IMG/VR virus record: IMGVR_UViG_2917045514_000007
Coordinates: 1-64,000 of that record
Origin: an uncultured virus (IMG/VR IMGVR_UViG_2917045514_000007)
Taxonomy: Duplodnaviria > Heunggongvirae > Uroviricota > Caudoviricetes
Strand: one strand, 5' to 3'
Length of the DNA: 64,000 nt
A program made the position numbers and the translations under genes. Each line of letters begins with the position of its first letter. Position 1 is the stretch's first letter. This document shows positions 46,698 to 56,517 of the stretch, piece by piece. Under the pieces are notes generated by a model. It saw only the letters and a list, made by a program, of their open reading frames with translations. It did not search any database and had not been told where the DNA came from.

Positions 46698-47069
46698 ATG
46701 CTGATCCTCACTCGCCGAGTCGGCGAAACCCTGCACATTGGCGACGACATCACCGTGACCGTCGTCGAGAACAGAGGCGGCCAGATCCGCCTCGGAATCG
46801 TTGCTCCGGAAGCGATGGCCATTCATCGCGCCGAGATCTACGCCCGGGTTGGCGCCGTCCGGTCCGCCTCACCCAAAGACCTGGTTGAAGAGTGGAATCG
46901 CACGCACCCGGCCCAGGTGGCCGTTGAGTACCGTCCGCTCCGCGACTCCATCCCCATCCGCACCAGAACGCTCACTCAAGCCAAAGTTTCCGCCTCCGGC
47001 ATGGCGGTGATCTGGCTAGAAGGTCAGGCCACGCCGGTGCTGCTGCGCAACTGCACTGCTGTTTCCTGA
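46698..47069 (+). CDS. csrA: CsrA/RsmA-family RNA-binding protein with an extra C-terminal domain
   Basis: [23 protein letters not shown]...QIRLGIVAP...IHRAEIY. Confidence 0.9.
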   Translation: MLILTRRVGETLHIGDDITVTVVENRGGQIRLGIVAPEAMAIHRAEIYARVGAVRSASPKDLVEEWNRTHPAQVAVEYRPLRDSIPIRTRTLTQAKVSASGMAVIWLEGQATPVLLRNCTAVS

Positions 47070-47089
47070 GCCCGTTTCATCCCCCCCTT

Positions 47090-47113
47090 GCCCGGCTCCG
47101 GCCGGGCTTTTTT
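47090..47113 (+). terminator. Rho-independent terminator
   Basis: GCCCGGC-TCCG-GCCGGGC followed by T6. Confidence 0.8.
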
Positions 47114-47211
47114 CACCGCCCACATTCGCATGAACGTTCCCCGACTCCCCGCCGAGCAAGCCCGGCGGCGCGAGCGTTCAGCCGAATGCAGGTGAATACG
47201 GAGCACACGCC

Positions 47212-47715
47212 ATGATCGACCCACGAGCGAACAGCCTGGAGAAACTGGTGCCGCCGGCACCGCTGCCCCACGTCAGCCGCGGCGCGCTCAAGCGCATCAA
47301 GCATCCTCAGCCAATCCCCTCCGGCTGCCCGCACTGCGGCGGCCTGGTCCGGCTGGTCAGCAACCGGGTGATCTACGGTCGCGAGTACGGCGACTGGCCA
47401 TATGCATACGCCTGTACTGGCACGGGCTGCGGCGCTTACGTGGGCCTGCATCCCGACACCGACATCCCGCTGGGAACGCTGGCCGACAAGCCGCTGCGCG
47501 ACGCTCGCAACCGCTGCAAGCGCCCATTCGAACGCATCTGGCGCGACAAGCTGATGACGCGCAGTCAGGCCTACGCCTGGCTCGCCGCTGAACTCCAAAT
47601 CACGCCGCCCGAATGCCACTTCGGACTCTTCGACGTTGACCGGTGTGAGCGGGCCAAACGCATCTGCGACCAGTACCTGGAAGCGATCTACACCAGTTCA
47701 GCGAGGTGGGGATGA
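47212..47715 (+). CDS. zinc-finger protein (DUF3268-like)
   Basis: CPHCG...C..CGAYVGLHP.T..PLGTLA...CHFG.F. Confidence 0.8.
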   Translation: MIDPRANSLEKLVPPAPLPHVSRGALKRIKHPQPIPSGCPHCGGLVRLVSNRVIYGREYGDWPYAYACTGTGCGAYVGLHPDTDIPLGTLADKPLRDARNRCKRPFERIWRDKLMTRSQAYAWLAAELQITPPECHFGLFDVDRCERAKRICDQYLEAIYTSSARWG

Positions 47716-47861
47716 TGTGGACATACCGCGAGCGCCACAACCGCGCAGCGTTCAACTGCGCCCAGCAGGCCTGGGACCGCGAAGTCGATCCGCTCTGGGA
47801 CCAGCCGGACCCGGAGCCCGAGGACGAAGAGCAGGAGGACGAAGATGGCCTTCAGCGATGA
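47715..47861 (+). CDS. 48-aa protein with acidic tail
   Basis: MWTYRERHN...PEPEDEEQEDEDGLQR; coupled to both neighbours. Confidence 0.55.
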   Translation: MWTYRERHNRAAFNCAQQAWDREVDPLWDQPDPEPEDEEQEDEDGLQR

Positions 47862-48066
47862 ACGCGCGGTGCTGATGATCGAGGAAGGCATTACGGCGAT
47901 GCGCCGATCACCGTTCCCACGCCCGGACCAGAAGTTCGTCCACGGCCAAATTGAACTGGCCTATGCGGTCGGCTTCATCGACACCCGTATTTACGACGAC
48001 ATGCGCCACCGGCTCGACGCCGCGTCGGACGCCCGCTGGGCAGAACTCAGGAGCACTCGGGTATGA
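47845..48066 (+). CDS. hypothetical protein
   Basis: AGGAGG RBS; coupled. Confidence 0.7.
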   Translation: MAFSDERAVLMIEEGITAMRRSPFPRPDQKFVHGQIELAYAVGFIDTRIYDDMRHRLDAASDARWAELRSTRV

Positions 48067-48434
48067 ATCCAATCACCCGCTTTCAAGTCCGGGCCGGCCG
48101 AGACGCAGCTAGCCGCTGTGAGTTCGTTCGGGAAACGAAGGCCTACTACGTTCGAGCCGACGGCACGCGCATCGCGAAGCGCGCTGACTGGTACAGGTTC
48201 TACGCCACCGAACAGGAAGCGCAGTCTGCAATCGAGCGCGACAACCGCAAGCGGGCGGAACGCGCAGCACGGCGGCGCGTTGAAAGCTACGGACCCGAAT
48301 TACTCATCGCCCTGGAGCAGGCGTACTGCGCGCTGGTCGGCTATCTGCCGCAGCATCGCAACGCGATCACAACTGCGGCGATCGAGGCGGCCCGAAGCGC
48401 AATCGACAAAGCCAAGGGAGGGGCCTCCGCATGA
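48063..48434 (+). CDS. hypothetical protein
   Basis: ATGA overlap; PELLIALE...ARSAIDKA motif common in phage early genes. Confidence 0.7.
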   Translation: MNPITRFQVRAGRDAASRCEFVRETKAYYVRADGTRIAKRADWYRFYATEQEAQSAIERDNRKRAERAARRRVESYGPELLIALEQAYCALVGYLPQHRNAITTAAIEAARSAIDKAKGGASA

Positions 48435-48550
48435 AGCCAAATGCGACTGGCGCCCGCCGGGCGCTCACCGAAGTTGCGTCGGCCATCGGCGTGCTGGCCC
48501 TGGTGGCTCCGTTTTACGGCTGGCTGATCTACAGGATGCTCCCGACATGA
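48431..48550 (+). CDS. small membrane peptide
   Basis: ATGA overlaps at both ends; one hydrophobic segment. Confidence 0.5.
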   Translation: MKPNATGARRALTEVASAIGVLALVAPFYGWLIYRMLPT

Positions 48551-48699
48551 ACGCGAAACGCAAAGCCATCTGGGTGGGCGGCCTGATTGGCGGCCTCCTC
48601 TTCCTGCTCATTCTCGCCCTAGGCCCGATCTGGGGCGGACTGATTACCGCGGAACAACCAGCCACGGCGCCGGCAGCCGTCAAGCGAGCAACACCATGA
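48547..48699 (+). CDS. small membrane protein
   Basis: MNAKRKAIWVGGLIGGLLFLLILAL; coupled. Confidence 0.6.
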   Translation: MNAKRKAIWVGGLIGGLLFLLILALGPIWGGLITAEQPATAPAAVKRATP

Positions 48700-49451
48700 C
48701 AAACATGAATAGCAACATGGCTATCTGGGACCAGGTGAAAGAGACGGACACCAGGTACACAAGGCAGGCGAAGCTCAACGGTCAGGACATGACGTCCATC
48801 AACGGCTTGTATATCGTCCGTCGTGCGACTGAGCTATTCGGCCCCGTCGGCAAGGGCTGGGGCTGGAAAGTCTTGGTAGAGCGCTTCGATGAAGGCGCAC
48901 CGCACCTCGATAAGAACGGTGCGGTCATCTGCCACGACAAGACCCACACCCTGTACATCGAACTCTGGTATCGCCACGACGGGACGATCAATCACGCCCG
49001 CCAATACGGGCACACCCCCTACGTCTACAAGACCGAGTGGGGCTTCAAGACCGACCACGACTACGGCAAGAAGTCACTCACCGACGCCATCAAGAAGTGT
49101 CTGTCACTCCTCGGGTTCAGCGCCGACATTCACATGGGCATGTTCGACGACACGACCTATGTCGAAGGCCTGAAGCTGAAAGAGCGCCTGGCCGATGCCG
49201 GCGATCCCGAGACAGCCCTGGACGAAGCCAAGGACGAATTCAAGACCTGGCTTCGCGCACAACTCGACGCGATCGCCGCGGCACCGAACTCCCGCGCCCT
49301 GGAGTTAATGCGTAAGCAAGTCGCCGAGAAGGCCCGCGCCAAAGCGCCAGTCGTCAACTTCAACCCCTCAGAGATTGAGCTGCGCGTGAATGAAGCCGCC
49401 GATGAGCGCCTGCGCCAGCTTTCCCCCGCTCCTACCAGCCCCGAGGAATGA
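48696..49451 (+). CDS. single-strand annealing protein (Rad52/Sak-like)
   Basis: ATELFGPVGKGWG and KKSLTDAIKKCLSLLGFSADIHMG; sits in the recombination module. Confidence 0.7.
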   Translation: MTNMNSNMAIWDQVKETDTRYTRQAKLNGQDMTSINGLYIVRRATELFGPVGKGWGWKVLVERFDEGAPHLDKNGAVICHDKTHTLYIELWYRHDGTINHARQYGHTPYVYKTEWGFKTDHDYGKKSLTDAIKKCLSLLGFSADIHMGMFDDTTYVEGLKLKERLADAGDPETALDEAKDEFKTWLRAQLDAIAAAPNSRALELMRKQVAEKARAKAPVVNFNPSEIELRVNEAADERLRQLSPAPTSPEE

Positions 49452-49455
49452 CACC

Positions 49456-50472
49456 ATGACCATCCTGAAAAATGTTGACCTGGAAAACGGTACCGTCGAG
49501 GTCGCCGAGTACAACGCAACCAACGCCGCCCTGGCAAAACTTCGCGAGAAGTACGCGACGCTGCCGGACGCCAATACCGCCGATGGCTACGAGTTCATCA
49601 AGGCCGGTATCAAGGAATTGACCACACTGCGCACCAGCCTGGAAGCCGCTCGCAAGCGTGAAAAGGCGCCTTACATCGAGGCAGGCCAGATCATCGACGC
49701 CGAGGCGAAGCGGATCACCGCCGCACTGGTGACGTTGGAAGATCCGATGAAGGCCGCCAAGAAGGAGGTCGACGATCGCGTCGAACGCGAGCGCCAGGAA
49801 CGGATCGCACGCCTGATGTCGAAGGTCGACGCCATCAAAGGGATGCCGGCCCAGGTACGCGGCAAGACCAGCGACGAGATTGCCGCGATGATCGACCGCT
49901 GTGGCGAAATCGACACCGCACACGACTTCTACGACTTGACGAAGGAAGCCCAAGCCGCACAGCAGGCGGCCATGGACGAACTGACCCAAATGCTGACCGA
50001 CCGCCTGGCCTTCGAGCAAGCGGAGCGCCAGCGGCAGGAGTTGGAAGCCCAGCAAGCCGAAATGCGCCGCCGCATGGAGGAGCAACAGGCGGAAATGCGC
50101 CGGCAGCAAGAGGAAATGCAACGCCAACGCGAAGAACTGGCGCGCCAGCAGCAGGAGCTTGCCGCCGCGCGCCAGCAGCTCGCCGAGCAGGACACGCCCG
50201 TCGCTGTCGAGCCGGAGGCGCCGAAGGCCGAGGTTGCACCAGCGCCCGCCCAGATCAAGCCCGCCGGCAAGGCAGCAGAGCCCGGCGCTATCCAGTGGCG
50301 CGCCCGCGTCGTCGATAAAAGCGCGTTCATCGCCGCCATCGCCGAAGGCCTGGCTACCGAAGACTTGCTCGTTGTCGACCAGCCGGCCCTGGACAGCCTG
50401 GCCAACAGCAAGGGCCAAACGCTGAATCTGCCGGGCGTGATCGTCGAAAAGGCCCCCGCGAAAGCGGCCTGA
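49456..50472 (+). CDS. coiled-coil protein (DUF1351-like)
   Basis: Long heptad region between the SSAP and the exonuclease. Confidence 0.65.
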   Translation: MTILKNVDLENGTVEVAEYNATNAALAKLREKYATLPDANTADGYEFIKAGIKELTTLRTSLEAARKREKAPYIEAGQIIDAEAKRITAALVTLEDPMKAAKKEVDDRVERERQERIARLMSKVDAIKGMPAQVRGKTSDEIAAMIDRCGEIDTAHDFYDLTKEAQAAQQAAMDELTQMLTDRLAFEQAERQRQELEAQQAEMRRRMEEQQAEMRRQQEEMQRQREELARQQQELAAARQQLAEQDTPVAVEPEAPKAEVAPAPAQIKPAGKAAEPGAIQWRARVVDKSAFIAAIAEGLATEDLLVVDQPALDSLANSKGQTLNLPGVIVEKAPAKAA

Positions 50473-50519
50473 CCATCCACCTCGCACCGGCCACGCCGGC
50501 ACAGTTCAAGGAAACGAGA

Positions 50520-51074
50520 ATGACCAGTATCGACTGGAGCATCGCGCCTCATTGGGCGCAGGCAGTGGTCACTACCGAGCACGGCAACGATATGTACTGG
50601 GTTGAGGGATGGGGCTGCCGGATCAGCAAACGCCAGCGCGTGGGCAACCTGCGGCCAGACCTCAACACCTGCGACATGACCAAACTGGACCACGCATGGC
50701 GACTGGTGGAACGTCGTCCTGTGGCTGATGAGGCAAAGGAGCCTGTCATACAGTGGAACGGCCAAGAAGGCCTGCCGCCGGTCGGCGTGGAATGCGAATA
50801 CAGGCACATGATCTGGCCGGAGTATCGGCGCTGTGAAATTCGGTACATCAGCGACGAGTCGTTAGTTGCGTACGACAACGGCCAAGAACAGTACTACCGC
50901 ACGCGCGACATGCTGTTCCGCCCGCTCCCCACCCCCGAGCAGATCGCCGCCCAGGCTGTCGATGCCATGCTCAGCGACTACCAGTACAAGGTTGGCTCCT
51001 GTACGTTCATGCTCACGCGCGAACAGGCTGAACGGTTGTACGCCATCGGCTACCGCAAGCACCCCTCCTCCTAA
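50520..51074 (+). CDS. hypothetical phage protein
   Basis: IDWSIAP.WA and WNGQEGLPPVGVECEY motifs. Confidence 0.75.
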   Translation: MTSIDWSIAPHWAQAVVTTEHGNDMYWVEGWGCRISKRQRVGNLRPDLNTCDMTKLDHAWRLVERRPVADEAKEPVIQWNGQEGLPPVGVECEYRHMIWPEYRRCEIRYISDESLVAYDNGQEQYYRTRDMLFRPLPTPEQIAAQAVDAMLSDYQYKVGSCTFMLTREQAERLYAIGYRKHPSS

Positions 51075-51182
51075 TCCCCCCAACCCCTCCGAACCGCCTG
51101 CGCCGGCGCCCGCCGCCGGTGCGGCATCCGGGTGCGCGTTCATCGAGCGCGCAGCCTGATGCCCAACCACTGAGGACAGACC

Positions 51183-51788
51183 ATGCTCACCAACATTTTC
51201 GACTTCGAAACGACGGGTATTCCCGAGTGGAAGTTGCCCAGTGAAGACCCGTGCCAGCCCCACATCGTAGAAGTTGCCGCTCTGCTCTGCGATGCCGCCG
51301 GCAACACCATCGATCGCTTTGAGGCGATCGTGCGACCCAACGGCTGGGAAATCAGCCCCGAAATGACCGCGATCCACGGCATCAGCCACGAACAGGCGAT
51401 GGATGTTGGCATCAGCGAGGCCGAGGCTCTGGAGGGATTTCTTGCGATCAACGGCCGCGCAGCCCGCCGCGCGGCGCACAACATCAGCTTCGACGACCGT
51501 ATCACTCGCATCGCGCTGATGCGCTACCAGGACGAGGATGCGGCCAACGCCTTCAAGGAATCGGGTGAGAAGTTCTGCACCTGCTATCGCTCCCGCGCAC
51601 AGGTCGCGCTTCCCCGCAACAAGCTGCCGACCTTGGCCGAGGCATACAAGCACTTCACCGGGGAGGACCTCGTGGAGGCTCACCGCGCGATGCCGGACGC
51701 CCAAGCCTGCGCCCGCATCTACTTCGCTTTGCAGGGAGTCGATGTGGCGCCGGCCAGTTCGGTGCCGCCGGCTGAGGCGGAGGCCTGA
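51183..51788 (+). CDS. DEDDh 3'-5' exonuclease (DnaQ-like)
   Basis: FDFETTG, AHNISFD and AHRAMPDA. Confidence 0.92.
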   Translation: MLTNIFDFETTGIPEWKLPSEDPCQPHIVEVAALLCDAAGNTIDRFEAIVRPNGWEISPEMTAIHGISHEQAMDVGISEAEALEGFLAINGRAARRAAHNISFDDRITRIALMRYQDEDAANAFKESGEKFCTCYRSRAQVALPRNKLPTLAEAYKHFTGEDLVEAHRAMPDAQACARIYFALQGVDVAPASSVPPAEAEA

Positions 51789-51791
51789 GCC

Positions 51792-52289
51792 ATGGCACGC
51801 GGAGTGAACAAGGTAATCCTGGTCGGCCATCTGGGCCAGGATCCAGACGCAAGATCTACCCCCAGCGGGAAGGCAGTTACGTCCCTCAGCCTGGCCACTA
51901 GCGAAAGCTGGAAAGACAAGCAGACCGGCCAGCAGCAGGAGCGCACCGAGTGGCACCGGGTCGTGCTCTTTGGCCGGCTGGCCGAAATCGCAGCGCAATA
52001 CCTGCGAAAGGGCTCCCAGGTCTACATCGAAGGCAGCCTACGCACCCGCAAGTGGCAGGGCCAGGACGGCCAGGACCACTACAGCACCGAGGTAGTGGTG
52101 GACATCAACGGCAACATGCAACTGCTCGGCGGCAAGCCTGAGCAGGCAGGCCAGTCGCGTGGCCCTGGCCGCGAGCCGCCACCGCGGCCGACCACTCACC
52201 ACCAGCCGCAACCGGCAACCGACTACGACAGCTACGACGACGACATTCCGTTCGATGACCCCTATCGCCTGCTCTGGCGTCTCGTGTAA
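51792..52289 (+). CDS. ssb: single-stranded DNA-binding protein
   Basis: [12 protein letters not shown]...TEWHRVV...DDDIPF. Confidence 0.96.
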   Translation: MARGVNKVILVGHLGQDPDARSTPSGKAVTSLSLATSESWKDKQTGQQQERTEWHRVVLFGRLAEIAAQYLRKGSQVYIEGSLRTRKWQGQDGQDHYSTEVVVDINGNMQLLGGKPEQAGQSRGPGREPPPRPTTHHQPQPATDYDSYDDDIPFDDPYRLLWRLV

Positions 52290-52315
52290 GCGCCAGGCCA
52301 CCCAGGAGACACCCC

Positions 52316-53536
52316 ATGTGGTTCCGCAACCTGCAAATCTACCGCCTCACCCAAGACCTGCAAATCGACGCCGCGGCGCTGGAGCAGGCCCTGGCCAGCA
52401 AGCCGGCACGCCCCTGCGAAAGCCAGGAACTGACCACCTACGGCTTCGCCGCTCCGTTCGGCAAGGGCCCGAACGCACCGCTGGTGCACGCCAGCCGCGG
52501 CTTCCTGCTCATCTCCACCCGAAAGCAGGAGCGCCTGCTGCCCGGCAGCGTAGTGCGCGACGAACTGGCCGAGAAGGTCGAGCAAATCGAAACCGACCAG
52601 ATGCGCAAGGTGTTCAAGAAGGAGCGCGACCAGCTCAAGGACGAGATCGTCCAGACGCTGCTGCCACGGGCTTTCATTCGCAAGTCCAGCACGTTCGCCG
52701 CGCTGGACCTTGAGCAAGGCCTGGTGCTGATCGACACCAACAGCGCAAAGAAGGCCGAGGACCTACTGTCCACCCTGCGCGAAGCCCTGGGCTCGCTGCC
52801 GGTACGCCCGCTCAGCGTGAAGGTCGCGCCCAGTGCAACCCTCACCGACTGGATGAAGGACCAGGCCGCCGGCGGCGACTTCCACGTGCTGGACAGCGCG
52901 GTACTCGCCGACACCCACGAGGACGGCGGCAAGGTCGTGGCCACCCGCCAGGACATGACCAGCGAGGAAATGCAGTTACACCTGTCCTCCGGGAAGCTGG
53001 TCACCCAGGTGGCCCTGGCCTGGTCGGACAAGCTCAGCTTCGTGCTCGACACCAAGCTGGCGATCAAGCGCCTGCGCTTCGACGACCTGCTGCAGGAGCA
53101 GGCTGAGAAGGACGGCGGCGACGATGCCGCCGGCCAGCTCGACGCCAGCTTCGTCCTGATGATGCTCACCTTCCGCGAGTTCATACCGCAACTGCTGGAG
53201 GCCTTGGGCGGCGAAGAGTTCCCGCAGGGAATCGACGGTGCGTACGATGAGCCCGAGCCAGCGCCTGGCGCCGGCATCGACGTAACCAAGGCGCTAGGGA
53301 TGCGCGACGGTATCACCGCGACCCTCCATATCCCCCAGGTCAACGGGCCCGGTGACGACCCGCTGCTGAAGGAGGCCATCCGCTTCGTCCGCGAGACGCG
53401 CCGCGCTTCGATCTCCGCCATCCAGCGCAAACTCAAGATCGGCTACAACCGCGCGGCACGCCTGGTAGAGGAAATGGAATTGCTGGATATCGTCGGGCCG
53501 ATGCAGGGAGACGGATCTCGCGAGGTTCTGTCGTGA
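52316..53536 (+). CDS. rdgC: RdgC fused to an FtsK gamma domain
   Basis: [11 protein letters not shown]...LLPRAF (RdgC); C-terminal DPLLKEA...[25 protein letters not shown] (FtsK-gamma). Confidence 0.9.
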   Translation: MWFRNLQIYRLTQDLQIDAAALEQALASKPARPCESQELTTYGFAAPFGKGPNAPLVHASRGFLLISTRKQERLLPGSVVRDELAEKVEQIETDQMRKVFKKERDQLKDEIVQTLLPRAFIRKSSTFAALDLEQGLVLIDTNSAKKAEDLLSTLREALGSLPVRPLSVKVAPSATLTDWMKDQAAGGDFHVLDSAVLADTHEDGGKVVATRQDMTSEEMQLHLSSGKLVTQVALAWSDKLSFVLDTKLAIKRLRFDDLLQEQAEKDGGDDAAGQLDASFVLMMLTFREFIPQLLEALGGEEFPQGIDGAYDEPEPAPGAGIDVTKALGMRDGITATLHIPQVNGPGDDPLLKEAIRFVRETRRASISAIQRKLKIGYNRAARLVEEMELLDIVGPMQGDGSREVLS

Positions 53537-53742
53537 AGTCGCCCCCATCGACGATGCAGAACGAAACGCTCGGGCACATCCGAGCGTTCTGGGCGGAGAA
53601 AGGCTACGCACCCACCGTCGCAGAACTGGCAGCCAAGGCCGGCGTCCGCCAGTTCGCCATCCAGCAGCGCCTGACCGCCCTCGAGAACAAGGGCTACATC
53701 CAGCGCGACCCGAAAGTGGCGCGCAGTATCCGCCCGCTCTAA
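53533..53742 (+). CDS. LexA DNA-binding-domain-only protein
   Basis: [10 protein letters not shown]...[20 protein letters not shown]; no peptidase domain. Confidence 0.8.
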   Translation: MKSPPSTMQNETLGHIRAFWAEKGYAPTVAELAAKAGVRQFAIQQRLTALENKGYIQRDPKVARSIRPL

Positions 53743-53754
53743 CGCCACCCGCCG

Positions 53755-53782
53755 AGCGCCCCACCCGGGGCGCTTTCTCTTT
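53755..53782 (+). terminator. putative terminator
   Basis: AGCGCCCC/GGGGCGCT stem followed by TTCTCTTT. Confidence 0.65.
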
Positions 53783-53886
53783 CAGCACGCACCGGACGCC
53801 GCCCTGTGGGCGATTCAACCATGCCTCGTGGGCCGCCCTGTCAGGCAGGGCGGCGTCCGGTGTGTGCCGTTCCTCAAGGAAACAGC

Positions 53887-56517
53887 ATGACCGCCTATGA
53901 AGACTTCTTGCGAGCGAAGGTCCGCCTCGCCGAGCCGAAAGGCTTCGAAGTGGAGCCCTCGGCCTTCAACCCCCTGCTCAAGCCGCACCAGCGCGCCATC
54001 GCCACCTGGCTGGTGCGCCAAGGCCGCGCGGCCTGTTTCGCGGCCTTCGGCCTGGGCAAGTCGGTAATGCAGCTTGAGGTGGTGCGCGTCACCCGCGACC
54101 TAGCCGGCGGCTACGCTCTCATCACCATTCCGCTGGGTGTGCGCCAGGAGTTCTACCGCGACGCCGCGATGCTCGGCATCACCGTCCGGTTCATCCGCAG
54201 TTTCGACGAGGTAGACGACCCCGCCACCATCTACCTGACCAATTACGAGACCGTCCGCGACGGCAAGCTCGACCCTCGCCGGTTCAGCGTGGCAAGCCTG
54301 GACGAAGCCAGTTGCCTTCGCGGCTTCGGCGGCAGCAAGACGTTCCGCGAGTTCATGGCTCTGTTCGCTGGTGACGATCGCGCCGCCGGCGTCCGCGGCG
54401 ATGGCGTCCGGTACCGGTACGTGGCCACTGCCACGCCAAGCCCGAACGAATACATCGAGCTACTGGCTTACTCGGCCTTCCTCGGCGTGATGGATGTCGG
54501 CCAGGCCAAGACCAGGTTCTTCAAACGCAACTCTGAGAAGGCCGACCAACTCACCATCCATGCCCACAAAGAGGGCGAGTTCTGGATGTGGGTGGCGTCC
54601 TGGGCGATCTTCGTTCAGCGCCCCAGCGACCTCGGGTTCAGCGACGAAGGCTACGCGCTACCGGAACTGGACATCCGCTGGCACGAAGTACCGTCCGACC
54701 ACTCGCACGCTGGCCATGAGCGTAACGGCCAGGGCCGCCTGCTTCGCAACACCGCCATTGGCGTGCAGGACGCCGCCGCAGAGAAGCGCGAGAGCCTTCC
54801 TGCCCGGATCGCCAAACTGATGGAGATCCGGGCCGAGGCTCCAGATGCTCACCGGATCATCTGGCATGACCTCGAGGCGGAACGCCACGCGATCGAGGCC
54901 GCTATCCCCACCGCCATCAGCGTCTACGGCGCCCAGGATCTGGAGGAGCGCGAGCGCGCGATTGTCCAGTTCAGCGACGGCGAGTTCCAGGAACTGGCTG
55001 CCAAACCAGTGATCGCAGGCAGCGGCTGCAACTTCCAGCGCCACTGCTCGTGGGCCATCTACCTGGGCATCGGCTTCAAGTTCAACGACTTCATCCAGTC
55101 CATTCACCGCCTGCACCGATTCCTGCAGACAGGCCGTGTGCGCATCGACCTGATCTATACCGAGGCCGAGCGCGACATCCGCCGCCAACTCGAACGGAAG
55201 TGGCAGCAGCACAACACCATGGTTCAGCGCATGACCGAGATCATCAAGCAGTACGGCCTGTCCGTGGCCGCCATGGCACAGACCCTCACCCGCTCCATGG
55301 GCGTGGAGCGCGTCGAGATCAAGGGCAAGGACTACACCATCGTCAACAACGACACCGTGCTCGAAACCTGCCGCATGGAAAGCAACAGCGTCGGCTTGAC
55401 CATCACCAGCATCCCCTTCAGCACCCAGTACGAGTACTCGCCGAACTACGCCGACTTCGGCCACACCGACGACAACGCGCACTTCTTCGAGCAGATGGAC
55501 TATCTGATCCCGGAACTGCTGCGCGTGACCATCCCCGGGCGTCTGGCCTGCATCCACGTGAAGGATCGCATCATTCCCGGCGGAATGACCGGCCTTGGCT
55601 TCCAGACCGTCTACCCCTTCCACATGGAAGTGACTCGAGCCTTCGTCAAGCATGGCTGGGCCTATATGGGCATGAAGACCATCGTCACCGACGTGGTTCA
55701 CGAGAACGCCCAGACCTACCGCCTCTCGTGGACGGAACAGTGCAAGGACGGCACCAAGATGGGTGTCGGCATGCCCGAGTACCTGCTGATCTTCCGCAAG
55801 CCCCCCACCGACAACTCCAACGCCTACGGCGACATTCCGGTGGTCAAGGCCAAGCCCCTGTGCATCGACGAAGACGGCCAGATCGTCCCCTTCGCCATGG
55901 ACAAGAAGCTCACCGTCACCCGCGGCAACGGCTACAGCCGGGCACGCTGGCAGTTGGACGCCCACGGCTTCACCCGCAGCAACGGCAACCGTCCGCTGAC
56001 TGAAGCGGACTTCGAAGGCATTCCGCACGACGTGATGTTCAAGCTGTACCGCGACTACAGCCTGTCCACCGTCTACGACTTCGAGCACCACGTCCGCATC
56101 GGCGAATCGCTGGAGGTCACCGGGAAGCTGCCCACCGGCTTCATGCTGCTGCCACCGCAGTCCTGGCACCCGGACGTATGGACCGACGTCGCCCGCATGC
56201 GGACGCTCAACGCCCAGCAGTACAGCAAGGGCCAGGAAATGCACCTGTGCCCGCTGCAGTTCGACATCGTCGACCGGGCCATCGTGCAGTACTCCATGGA
56301 AGGAGACCTGGTCTTCGATCCCTTCGGCGGGATCATGACCGTCCCGTACTGCGCGCTGAAGCTCAAGCGCAGAGCCCGCGCCCACGAACTGAACTCCCGC
56401 TACTTCCTGGACGGTGCCGGCTATTGCAAGTCTGCCGAGGAAGAGATGGCCATGCCCGACCTGTTCGCCCTGCTCGAGGCCGAGGCCGACATTATCCATA
56501 AGGAACCCGCCGCATGA
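53887..56517 (+). CDS. SNF2-like helicase fused to an N4/N6 DNA methyltransferase
   Basis: GLGKS, LDEAS and TATP helicase motifs; TSIPF and FDPFGG methyltransferase motifs. Confidence 0.85.
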   Translation: MTAYEDFLRAKVRLAEPKGFEVEPSAFNPLLKPHQRAIATWLVRQGRAACFAAFGLGKSVMQLEVVRVTRDLAGGYALITIPLGVRQEFYRDAAMLGITVRFIRSFDEVDDPATIYLTNYETVRDGKLDPRRFSVASLDEASCLRGFGGSKTFREFMALFAGDDRAAGVRGDGVRYRYVATATPSPNEYIELLAYSAFLGVMDVGQAKTRFFKRNSEKADQLTIHAHKEGEFWMWVASWAIFVQRPSDLGFSDEGYALPELDIRWHEVPSDHSHAGHERNGQGRLLRNTAIGVQDAAAEKRESLPARIAKLMEIRAEAPDAHRIIWHDLEAERHAIEAAIPTAISVYGAQDLEERERAIVQFSDGEFQELAAKPVIAGSGCNFQRHCSWAIYLGIGFKFNDFIQSIHRLHRFLQTGRVRIDLIYTEAERDIRRQLERKWQQHNTMVQRMTEIIKQYGLSVAAMAQTLTRSMGVERVEIKGKDYTIVNNDTVLETCRMESNSVGLTITSIPFSTQYEYSPNYADFGHTDDNAHFFEQMDYLIPELLRVTIPGRLACIHVKDRIIPGGMTGLGFQTVYPFHMEVTRAFVKHGWAYMGMKTIVTDVVHENAQTYRLSWTEQCKDGTKMGVGMPEYLLIFRKPPTDNSNAYGDIPVVKAKPLCIDEDGQIVPFAMDKKLTVTRGNGYSRARWQLDAHGFTRSNGNRPLTEADFEGIPHDVMFKLYRDYSLSTVYDFEHHVRIGESLEVTGKLPTGFMLLPPQSWHPDVWTDVARMRTLNAQQYSKGQEMHLCPLQFDIVDRAIVQYSMEGDLVFDPFGGIMTVPYCALKLKRRARAHELNSRYFLDGAGYCKSAEEEMAMPDLFALLEAEADIIHKEPAA

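Noticed and set aside
50010..50190. Gln/Glu/Arg-rich quasi-repeats
   Set aside because: Ordinary coiled-coil coding sequence.
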